Source: a virus (Duplodnaviria; Heunggongvirae; Uroviricota; Caudoviricetes). Taken from it: 64,000 nt of DNA. Each line of letters begins with the position of its first letter. The first letter of the stretch is position 1. Of the stretch, positions 55,101 to 64,000 are shown one piece after another. The notes under the pieces were generated by a model, which made no database searches, was not told the DNA's origin, and saw nothing but the letters and a program-made list of their open reading frames with translations. The position numbers were made by a program, and so were the translations under genes. Where the stretch lies: the IMG/VR virus record IMGVR_UViG_3300021254_000030, one strand, 5' to 3'.

Positions 55101-56615
55101 TTAGATGCTAAAACGGGAAATGCTACTTTTGGACAAAGAGAAACTGGACAAATAGTAATAACCCCTAAATCTGGCACTATTACAGGAGGGGATTATAATT
55201 GGAGCAGTAAGACAAGCGGAGATGACCGTGGTAAAGGTATGCAAATTAATTTAGGCGAAAATCCTTATATTCGTTTTGGCTCACAAAAGTTTTATGTCAC
55301 ATCTGAAGGGAAATTATATGCTCAAGGCGGTGGTGAGATTGCTGGTTGGAATATAGGTGATAAAGATTTATCTAAAGTTATAAGAGATAAAGATAAAAAG
55401 ATAATAACTTCAGTAGGAATGAGTTCAAATCCAATTGATGCAAAAGATCCAAAAAAATATAATTTTGGGAATAGGGCTTTTTGGGCTGGTGACCAATTTA
55501 GAGTAGATTTTGATGGCAATACGAGAATGACAAGCTGTGAAGTGGGAGGAAATGTCCATATTAAAAAAGGTACAATCTATAGCGGAGAACATACAAAGCT
55601 TGATAGTGCTGAAAATGGATTCTTTTTATCTCAATCTGGAATTAGTTTAGGAGAGAATTTTAAAGTAACTTCAACAGGAAAAATGCTTGCAAGGAGCGGG
55701 TATATTGGAAATTCTACAAAAGGTTTTACAATTACAGATAACGCTATTACAAACGGAAAGTCAACAGCAGAAGATAAAAATAATGGTATTTATTTAGGAG
55801 TTGATGCTATTGCTTTAGGCCCAAAGCAAAATTTTTATGTAGATAATACAGGCGCATTAACTTCTCGAAAAGGAAAAATTGGTGGTTGGAATATTGCACC
55901 AAATGCTATTTATAACGATGCTGTTACAAATGTTGCATATGGAGATAAAAATGGAGTTTATAAAAGAGGTATTTATTTTGGAAGCGGCGGACTTCGTATG
56001 GGAGAACACTTCCACGTAGATTCAAATGGTAATTTATATGCAAATAATGGTCATTTTGAAGGATTCTTAAAAACAGGAGAAGGACAAATTGCAGGATGGG
56101 AAATTAAAACTGATCGTTTAAAGGGTGGCAATATTGAAATTAATTCTAACGGTTCTATGAAGGGGTCAAGATGGAATATTGATACTAATGGTAAAGCGAC
56201 TTTTTCAGATATAAATGTTACTGGCGGAAATTGGAAGAATGGTACTATATCTGGTGGAAGTAGAACTGGCGGCAGTATTTCTGGAGGAAGTATTAGTCCA
56301 AGCAATGTAAAATGTGGTAATCAAACTATGAATCAATGGTGTAGCAATACTGCCGATACTAGAATAAAAGCTCTTTTTGTAGATCAGTTAGATGCACATA
56401 AAGCTCATATTGTTGATCTTGTCGCTAATTCTGTTAAAACAAAAATTTTGAAAGTTAATGGGACACAAGCGAAATGGCGTAGTTTAAGTGTTGTAACAAA
56501 AGTAGTAATAACACCTCATTATGGAAATACTCCCACTGGACAAACTTTTCTTACCTCAGTGTCTCCCAATGTAAGTAAACAAACTATAATGTTCTTAGGA
56601 TTAAAAATTAGTTAA
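52158..56615 (+). CDS. distal tail protein and tail-associated host-specificity/fibre protein, read as a single 1485-codon ORF (about 30 TAG)
   Basis: Track ORFs 52614, 53532, 54552 and 55026..56615 all share frame 0 with ATG 52158. GGW-containing repeats (KIGGWNI, EIAGWNIG, QIAGWEIK) are typical of tail fibre/Tal proteins. May be two genes not separable here. Confidence 0.45.
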
Positions 56616-56630
56616 TGGAGAAAATTATAT

Positions 56631-56861
56631 ATGGAAAATATAAATTTAAAATCTGAAGCATTTAGGCAAGCTATTTATGATTTAATTAATAAAAGTAATC
56701 TTCCAGTTTCTAATATTTATTTTATCCTTACTTTATTACAAAAATAGATAGAATTACAGTACTATGGTTCTTTAAATGAATTATTACTAAAAGAAGGATA
56801 GATAAATTAGCAGACAGGAGAAGAATTTCAAAGCTAGAATGAAACAAAAGGAGAATAGTAA
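56631..56861 (+). CDS. small hypothetical protein (76 aa, TAG near the end then TAA)
   Basis: RBS GGAGAAAATTATAT. Confidence 0.3.
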
Positions 56862-57886
56862 TGGCAAAACGAATGACTGAATTTTATCAAAAAGAGGTCA
56901 CGGGCTAGTTTACAGGACCTATTAAGATAGGGTCTTCCGCAGAATATATAACAATGGAAGATACAGATTCCGCAGAGACTTTAAAAGATTTTTCTGGAAG
57001 AGTAGGAGACCCAAGTAATTTATATAATAATGTAGATAAAGAAAAAGACTAGCAAAAAGATTTAGTAACAACTGTAAATGAATTAACTGCGGCAGTTGCA
57101 GCTGGTGCAAAAATATAGGATAAAAGTATTTAGCAAAGTAAGCTAAAAGATATAAAAATTGTAGATTCTACTGCTAGTTATCCTGCAATTACTGATGGAC
57201 CATTAGGTAATATTCTTGGAAAAATAAAGAAATTTCTAAATGATTTAAAAAATAATAAAGTTTCTAAAACAGGTGACACAATGACAAGTTCATTAAGTAT
57301 TAAAGGAGGATATATTTTAGCAAGCCGCGATGATAGTTGGTGCTATCTTGAAGCTAAAGGAGCAGGCGAAACAAGGGCACGATTAATGTCTGCACAAAAT
57401 GGTGATAGTGGACTCTATAGCGCCAAAATAATTAATAATAGTACTATTGGAAGATGGATAGTTAAACATTTCTGGAATACAGAAAAAACTATAATTCCCA
57501 CTTTATCTTTTGACGAAAATTTTGGAATTGTAGGAAAAATAGGAGATTCAACTGTAACAGCAATAGGAGTAAGATATTCTAATGCTATAGCTGATACCAA
57601 TGTAAAATATTGTTTTATTAAACAATTAGGTAATACTATTTTCATGACTATGAGTATTGCTTATACAACTACAGATGGGACAATTCCTACTGGCACAACT
57701 TTACTTACTGTTCCCAAAATATACGCGCCAGCTTCTACTCAAAGGTTGCCCGCCTTTTTTGCATTTAAAAATTCAACTACTCCACACGGCGCAATGATTT
57801 CTATTGACTCTAATGGAGCAATCCAACAGGGTCATTCTAGTTCTACTAATAGTATTTATTGTGTAGGTATGTGGGAAAAGAAATAA
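56861..57886 (+). CDS. tail fibre / receptor-binding protein (341 aa, 5 TAG)
   Basis: NKVSKTGDTMTSSLSIKGG motif typical of phage tail fibre proteins. Same frame as track ORF 57281..57886. Confidence 0.5.
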
Positions 57887-57901
57887 TTTAATTATAAAAA
57901 A

Positions 57902-57936
57902 ATAACCCTTACATTTTTACATGTAAGGGTTATTTT
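57902..57936. terminator. bidirectional terminator between the late operon and the leftward ruvC-like gene
   Basis: TAACCCTTACATTTTTACATGTAAGGGTTA. Confidence 0.5.
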
Positions 57937-58412
57937 TATTTTAAATTTTCTTTTATATAAGCAATACCTAGACAGATAGCGTCACTTATATCATCATTAA
58001 CATTTATATTATAAATTATTTTAACTAGACGTTGACTTGCTGCTTTTAAAGTTTCTCTTTTTACACCTGGCCCAGTATGTATTCCACATATTCTTCGCCA
58101 ATGTCCAACTACATATAAATCTACTTTATAACCTAAAACACCTAATTTTGTAATTGTTTCTCCTTGAAGATATATTAATGCTTTATATACTGATTGATTT
58201 TGTCTAACATCCTATGGTAAGACTTCTTCCATTACAATATTAGTAGGTTTATATTTTTTACATATTTCTACAATTCTATTACTCATATTATCAATTCTTT
58301 TATAAACGTTTCGATCATTCTATATTAAACATTCATAATGAATTAATTTGCCCTACTAAAATATTGCAATTCCGCTAGATTTAGTAGAGGCATCTATCGC
58401 TAAAGTTTTCAT
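57936..58412 (-). CDS. RuvC-like Holliday junction resolvase (158 aa, 4 TAG)
   Basis: MKTLAIDASTKSSGIAIF...MEEV...DDISDAICLGIAYI. Strong RBS AAGGAGGTAAATTCAACG. Hand-translated codon by codon. Confidence 0.6.
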
Positions 58413-58474
58413 CGTTGAATTTACCTCCTTCAATCTAACTAGAGTATAACAAAAATTTTTAAAAAAGTCAAAAA

Positions 58475-58510
58475 AAATGGGATGAGTTTAATTACTCATC
58501 CCATTTTTTT
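58475..58510. terminator. terminator hairpin
   Basis: ATGGGATGAGTTTAATTACTCATCCCAT flanked by A/T runs. Confidence 0.45.
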
Positions 58511-58952
58511 ATTTACTTCCGCTACTACCAAATCCGCCTTCTCCGCGAGAGGTATCTGTTAATTCATCTACTTCTTCAAAAGTAAGACTATATTTAGGCA
58601 ATAAAGCAAATTGCGCGATTCTTTCTTGAGGTTCTACTTTGCGGACATTACTTGAATCGTTATGTACCGCTACAATTACCTATCCTCTATAATCAGAATC
58701 AATAACGCCAACACAGTTAGCAGGGCGGAGACCCTTCTTTGAAGCAAGGCCGCTTCGAGGGAAAATTCCTCCCCAATATTCTTTAGGGATCTCCATTGCC
58801 AGACCCGTTCCAATCATCTATGTCATATGTGGTAAAATATAGGTAGTTTTATTTATATTAGCATATAGATCACACATGGCGGCATCCTAACTCCCAAGGA
58901 AAGGCAACTTCGCCGTTTCATTTAATTTTTTAATTTTAATATTAATACTCAT
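58509..58952 (-). CDS. dut: dUTPase (147 aa, 3 TAG)
   Basis: MSINIKIKKLNETAKLPFLGS..., PRSGLASKKG, GVIDSDYRG-[TAG]-VIV, RIAQFALL, RGEGGFGSSG. All five dUTPase motifs are present. A TAG sits where Glu is usual in motif III. Confidence 0.65.
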
Positions 58953-59211
58953 TCTCGTCTCCATCTATTCCATCAGTATAAACTGGCATTAATTCACAAT
59001 CAGGTTCTTTCTCTTGACAAAATTCTTTTGTAATAATAACTCGTCTCCATTCATCAATAATTTCACCTTTTTGCTTTTGTGTTTTAATTTCATTACTAGA
59101 TTTTGTTACAGTATATTGAGAACTTTTTTTTGCTTCTTCAATAAGTTTCATTGCCTCTTGTTCTGAATCGCAACGATATTGTTCTGTTACCTTTATTAAA
59201 TATCTACTCAT
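58942..59211 (-). CDS. hypothetical protein
   Basis: 89-aa track ORF. Confidence 0.45.
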   Translation of the reverse strand: MSRYLIKVTEQYRCDSEQEAMKLIEEAKKSSQYTVTKSSNEIKTQKQKGEIIDEWRRVIITKEFCQEKEPDCELMPVYTDGIDGDENEY

Positions 59212-59224
59212 TAATATTTCTCCT

Positions 59225-59500
59225 TTAAAATTGAGAGTATATAAAAACTATTGGTTTTTTATCTGTATTAGCGTATAAAATCTATTCTTTTTGCTTTACA
59301 TCTTTTTCTATTTTCTATAAAAAATCTTTAGGACCGCCGCTTATATAAACTTTACTAATCTACTTATCATTAGTCAGAAAGGTAGGTAAATCTTGTAATG
59401 AAATTTTTTCTTCTCGTGGAGCGGAAAAAGGATCATTTTTAATAAATAATGTTTGTTTTAAATCTCCCATTTTTATTCTACAATAAACTGTTTTATTCAT
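59225..59500 (-). CDS. hypothetical protein (91 aa if 3 TAG are read through)
   Basis: MNKTVYCRIKMGDL... Extends past the TAG that ends track ORF 59360..59566. True start and end uncertain. Confidence 0.3.
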
Positions 59501-59659
59501 TTCATTTCCTCTTAATGTTCGTATGCTTGATAATGTAAAGGTTTCCCATAACAGGAAAGTAAACAAACGCTATGCAGAGGATTATTACTAACGGCCGCAT
59601 GAGATAATCTTTCATAGTATTTACTTTCTGCCTTTTGTAAAACTACAGTAGAATCCGTA

Positions 59660-60043
59660 TCACACCTCTATTACTGCATTGTCATAAGGAAAAAGATAAT
59701 ACGCAAAAGGTTCATCATTAATTCTTATCCAAATTTCAAAATTTCCATCAGGCTGTTCTTCAATTGACAGTAGCTCTCCTCTGTTTACACAGCAATCTAA
59801 ACATTCTTTTGCGGCGATTGCTGGAGGATTTGGGTTTTGATTTTCATACATGTGAAAAATAGTAAAATCGCTTCTATCCTTACAATATAACATTCCATAT
59901 GAATCACATTTCATATTAAAAAAATTTTCAATCTTATTTTGCGCGGCAGCCTTTTCAAGATGATTCATAGGTTTAAACAACTATTTATTTGACATAAGTT
60001 GTTTATTTGCAGTATATAATGTTCCCATATTAAGTTCTGCCAT
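59660..60043 (-). CDS. hypothetical protein (one TAG read through)
   Basis: RBS GGAGAAAATAATG. MAELNMGTLYTANKQLMSNK-[TAG]-LFKPMNHLEK joins in frame to track ORF 59660..59980. Confidence 0.4.
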
Positions 60044-60053
60044 TATTTTCTCC

Positions 60054-60188
60054 TTATAATTCTATCTTTTTATATAATCCGCAATGACATTCCCCTAACC
60101 CTTGGTCTCGGAATTCTTTGCATATACATTTAGTATCTTCGTTTTTTATAGTTTTACAAGGGCAATACCCATTATTATTTTTGAGCAT
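60054..60188 (-). CDS. small Cys-rich protein (44 aa)
   Basis: MLKNNNGYCPCKTIKNEDTKCICKEFRDQGLGECHCGLYKKIEL, between nrdG and the next gene. Confidence 0.35.
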   Translation of the reverse strand: MLKNNNGYCPCKTIKNEDTKCICKEFRDQGLGECHCGLYKKIEL

Positions 60189-60235
60189 TGCCCTAATCTA
60201 ATTAGCAAGTTCTTTATTTTCAGTTACTTTTATTA

Positions 60236-60712
60236 TCACAGTTTTAACCTTTCCGCATATTGATTATCACTAGCTAATGAAACTCCTAATTCTTTATCAA
60301 AGTGTGTTTCTTGGTTAGGAATAAATCTGCCATACTTAATAATAATATTATCAAAATCTTTTAAGAAAGTCAAATACCATTGAATTTCTTCTTTGTTATA
60401 ACCTGTATATATTACAATATCATCACTAGATACATCACGAAACTTTTTTATAAAATTTAATAGTTGATAAAAAGAATCCATAGGTTCTAATCCTTGGAAT
60501 ACAATAGCTTCTGAAATAGGATTATTTAAATACCTTTGTATAATTTTTTTTGTTGGTATATCTATCTTCTGTGCGGAAGCTAGGTCTGAATTCTGACAAA
60601 CCTGCTCCCCACACTCTTTATCACACTTAAAAGTACAGAAGGGCATCATTATAACCATACATGGTTTTTTATAATTAATAAAATCTTCATCTATAATATC
60701 AATTATTTTCAT
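60236..60712 (-). CDS. nrdG: anaerobic ribonucleotide reductase activating protein
   Basis: Cys cluster FCTFKCDKECGEQVC. Immediately downstream of nrdD with a 4-nt overlap. Confidence 0.6.
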   Translation of the reverse strand: MKIIDIIDEDFINYKKPCMVIMMPFCTFKCDKECGEQVCQNSDLASAQKIDIPTKKIIQRYLNNPISEAIVFQGLEPMDSFYQLLNFIKKFRDVSSDDIVIYTGYNKEEIQWYLTFLKDFDNIIIKYGRFIPNQETHFDKELGVSLASDNQYAERLKL

Positions 60713-62664
60713 ATGGCCTCCGCAGTACTATTTATTGGTTCCCATCTACGCATCTTATATTCTTTTACTCTTGAACTAGACCAAGTATTAATAGGAGTGT
60801 AAAAACCTACTACTCTAGTATATTCTGTTTCAACAGGCTTCCCGCAAATTGGACATGTTCTGCCATAAAAAGCATGGTTTTCCTCACATGCTTGAATCTT
60901 AGTATTAAAAGCAAAATAGGTAACGCCAGCGTCTGCAATGTATTTTACCATTTTCCATGCTTTATCAAAACTGTCAAAAGGAGAATCTATATTAGCATGA
61001 AGAATGGAACCTCCATTACAAAAACTATCAAATAAAGCCTGTACTCTAACTCTCTCTTGTAAAGTAGTCTTTATACCTAAAGGAATAAATTGATTTCCAT
61101 ATAAAGGTAAATCATAAATATCCGCATTAGGATAGAAAAATAAATCTTTTTTCATAAGTTTTGCGGCAGCTGTCTCGCCAGGAATTTGTTCCGTATTTAC
61201 CATATAGTCACATTCATATTGTACTATGAATTGATCTGCGACTTTTCTCATTGTTTTAAAGATTTTTTCTCCAAATGCGCTAGCTTCTTCAGTATAAAAA
61301 CTATTTCCTAGCTAATCTTTTGTAACGTAGCCAAATCGTTTCATTGTTTCATAGATACCAATAAAACCAATTGTATTATATAAATGTTCAAAATCTACTA
61401 ATCCATAAGAAAAATTAGGAAGTAATCCTTTTTCAACGTTCCGTTTAATAATATTACGAACTACATCAAGAACTTTTAAATCTAAAAGAGTTCTTTTTTC
61501 TAATTCTTTTAAATATTCTTCTTCTGAATTAGTATCTAACGCCAAACGTGCTAAATTAATAGTAGAAACTTTTACACTTCCTACTTTTAAAGCAGTTCCG
61601 CCTATTGAATTAAAATAACCAAGATCTCTTATATCGCTTTTCAATCGACAACAATTACTTAAACTGTTTACACTATCGTCAACAAAAATATTACTATCTG
61701 ACCATTGCATATTATGACGAATAGCCCATTCCGCAAACTCTGGGTCAACGAACTCTTTATTTTGATAAAGTAATGAAATGGTATTTACTGGAAATGTAAA
61801 CATGTTTTCTTTTCTCGTTTCCGCCATTTCCTCCATATACCATTTTTGAAAGTTGATAATTTCATCTTCATAATCAATCATAAAGGTTCCATCAGGAAAC
61901 TCTGCTCCACCAAAAAGGGCTTCAAAATAAGGTTTATCAAAAATAGAAGTATTTGTAAAAGCAGATTGTTGTCCATCACGAACGTAAGGCTGATTTACGG
62001 CATAAATAAAATGCTGAAAATTTTGTCTAGCATAACTTTCTGTAGAGTTAGAAGTTGTAATACCAAGATAATTATTCTCTTTATCTTTATTCCAAAAATA
62101 AAACATGTATGGAATTAAATTTGGCAAACCGATTGCTCCACTACTTCGATTGCTAGCAAAACCAATAAATTCTTTTACAAAATCAACAAAAGTAGTTAAA
62201 TGTTTTGCAGGTTTAGAATTAAATGGATCTCCAATAAAATAAAGACCCTTCTCCGCCAAATCTTTAAGATCATACGCAAAACAATAATGTTTAAAAGTAG
62301 AAGTATCGGAATCGTGTAAATATAATTCTCCAATCCATTCCGCCCTTAACCATTCATTAGCTGTCTTAAAACCATATTTCTTTTGAATCTCATAATAAAT
62401 TTTATTAAAAGCTAAAAGTTTTCTATGTGGTTTTGGCATTTCAGAAAGTAATGTTACTATATCTTTACGTCGTACATTACTATTACCATCTATTGAAACA
62501 TTAGCTACTGTTTTTTCATCAATAAAATTATCAATAAAATCGGTGTAGCTTAATTGATCGTCATCAAAGCCATTAATTCTTGCAATTTCAGTTCCAAACT
62601 ATCCTTGTAGTTTATTATATTGTGTCGTAAAATTTTTACCAAGTCTAATATTAATATTAGCCAT
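60709..62664 (-). CDS. nrdD: anaerobic (class III) ribonucleoside-triphosphate reductase (651 aa, 2 in-frame TAG)
   Basis: Track ORFs 60709..61251 and 61312..62439 are in one frame, joined across TAG 61312-61314. C-terminal Zn ribbon CPICGKP and Gly-radical region TRVVGFY. True ATG at 62664 (MANINIRLGKNF), with another TAG at about 62598. Confidence 0.65.
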
Positions 62665-62873
62665 TAATTATAATTCTCCTTTAACCATTTGATTGCTTGT
62701 CCAAAATCTAAAATTTCTCCGTTAATTCCAAGGGCGGGCGCCGTTTGAATACCTAAAGATAACATCTTTTCTACATCTTCACAGATATTATATGTAAGTC
62801 CTACAGCATCCATTTTAGATTTTAAAACTTTACATTTTGGACAATGTGTTGTATATAATGTAATATTCATCAT
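62664..62873 (-). CDS. nrdH: glutaredoxin-like protein NrdH
   Basis: ITLYTTHCPKCKVLKSKMD thioredoxin-fold CxxC. Stop overlaps the nrdD start. Confidence 0.6.
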   Translation of the reverse strand: MMNITLYTTHCPKCKVLKSKMDAVGLTYNICEDVEKMLSLGIQTAPALGINGEILDFGQAIKWLKENYN

Positions 62874-62940
62874 TATATTTTCCTCCTATATCTATATTTT
62901 AAAATGATAAAAACTGAATGAAATAATTCTGCCCTTATCA

Positions 62941-63516
62941 TTAAAACTAAGTTGGATCATCTTTAATAATATGAATTAGGTCTGTGACAACAGGCTAAAT
63001 TTCATCAGTAAAATTTTCAAGAACCTTATAAGAAAAAGGAAGATTTAAAAAATCTTTACTATCTGCAAGAAATCTTCTACAAATTTCATTACAATTAGGA
63101 GAATCTTCTCTTTTTAATTGTCTTAAAAGTCTAATTTTATCAGGACACCAAATTAATATAGGAGTACAATCAATTTCATCATTCTATAATAATTGTTTAA
63201 TTGAATTAGGAGAAAAAACACCTACATTGATTTTATCTTTTACTAAAGTATCAATAGATGTACCATACCACCAATTATTAAAGCAAGAAAATTCTATCCA
63301 CTTTTTTAAATTTTCTCCACTCATAAACTCATTTGCTGTATTAATAAAGTGATAATGGATTCCATCCGCCTAATAAGGTCTGGGCGGACGGGTAGTAGAT
63401 GTAATAATTTTATTTAATTGAGTCTTTCCATAAATAGTTTGAAAAAGGTGGGAAAGGAGATAATCCTTTCCCGAGCCAGCAGGACCAAACAATGCTATAA
63501 CTTTATATTTATCCAT
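62941..63516 (-). CDS. guanylate kinase-like dNMP kinase (3 internal TAG, TAG-N2-TAA end)
   Basis: GPAGSGKDYL P-loop and TTRPPRPY-[TAG]-ADGIHYHF, the guanylate kinase signature TTRxPRxGExDGxxYxF. Here the TAG again sits at the position where Glu is usual. Confidence 0.55.
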
Positions 63517-64000
63517 TATCTTCCTCCATTCCATATCGTGTGGAAGTTAGTTCAATTCTTCTTCCATTTACATTCGTTATCAAATAAAGCTGGTGCCCGC
63601 TTGTACTTTTATATTTCTTAGCTACAAAAGTATCATCCCTTCTATATCCTGTAACTAACAATTTATTACCACGAGTAAACCAACCTTTTTCTTTTACTTT
63701 TTTTATACCTTCATTATTCACTTCGCTAATCTGTCTATTGAACATTGCATAATAATCACGGGTGAATTTAACATTAACAGTTCCTGTTGTTGTTAATAAA
63801 GTTACAATATGACGAGTATCATTTTTACCAATAACTGTTCCCGCAATTTTTTGAAGTTTATAAATGGGAATTTGTTTACCGTTACGTTTAAAGAAATAAT
63901 CAACTGTGGGAGAAGAAGAAAGACTATTAAAATCAACAATACCATAAAATTTATTATCAACATTTTTTAACTCATGGTCGTGATAATAAAAACATAAAGA
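63509..64000 (-). CDS. hypothetical protein, 5'-partial (runs off the window)
   Basis: Open frame from the window edge to TAA at 63509, ...CFYYHDHELKN...YGMEEDNG. Overlaps the ATG of the kinase-like gene. Confidence 0.4.
   Translation of the reverse strand, partial: SLCFYYHDHELKNVDNKFYGIVDFNSLSSSPTVDYFFKRNGKQIPIYKLQKIAGTVIGKNDTRHIVTLLTTTGTVNVKFTRDYYAMFNRQISEVNNEGIKKVKEKGWFTRGNKLLVTGYRRDDTFVAKKYKSTSGHQLYLITNVNGRRIELTSTRYGMEEDNG

Noticed and set aside
24682-57886. Late region as a decayed prophage full of pseudogenes
   Set aside because: Frames are preserved for up to 8.9 kb and are broken exclusively by TAG. Conserved motifs continue across the TAGs. TAA and TGA still terminate genes cleanly.

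Overview
The window looks like about 64 kb of a tailed phage genome, AT-rich (roughly 30% GC), probably a siphovirus of a low-GC Firmicute. The host guess rests on TTGACA-N17-TATAAT promoters, AAAGGAGG-type ribosome-binding sites and a DUF1540-like gene of the kind seen in Clostridia.

Three blocks are visible:

1. A leftward operon at 1-2274 (isochorismatase/PncA-like and GH114-like genes), a short rightward block at 2300-4800 (SLOG-family gene, iteron-flanked rep-like gene), and a long early region at 5500-24527. The early region holds about 40 small leftward genes, each with its own promoter, RBS and terminator. It includes a DnaQ-like exonuclease, a HAD 5'-nucleotidase, an SPFH protein, a tRNA-Asn and a triplicated paralogous gene family.
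2. A rightward late operon at 24620-57890: TerS-like gene, TerL split by an HNH-encoding group I intron, a PD-(D/E)xK-like endonuclease gene, portal, protease/scaffold, major capsid protein, a LAGLIDADG homing endonuclease, head-tail genes, major tail protein, chaperones, an 8.9 kb tape-measure gene, a 4.4 kb distal-tail/fibre ORF and a tail fibre gene.
3. A leftward nucleotide-metabolism module at 57936-64000: RuvC-like resolvase, dUTPase, nrdG, nrdD, nrdH, a guanylate-kinase-like dNMP kinase, and a partial gene running off the edge.

The central observation is that the late genes, and several replication and nucleotide-metabolism genes, read as single long frames interrupted only by TAG, never by TAA or TGA. 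This indicates lifecycle-specific reassignment of the amber codon, most likely to Gln. The major capsid and major tail proteins contain no TAG at all. No suppressor tRNA or release-factor gene is visible in the window.

A second unusual feature is a repeated rightward module, about 13 copies, made of an operator-like inverted repeat, a consensus promoter and a very GC-rich perfect hairpin at the start of the transcript. Each copy sits antisense to the leftward early genes.

Coordinates of ORFs I derived by hand (those not on the supplied ORF track) may be off by a few nucleotides.
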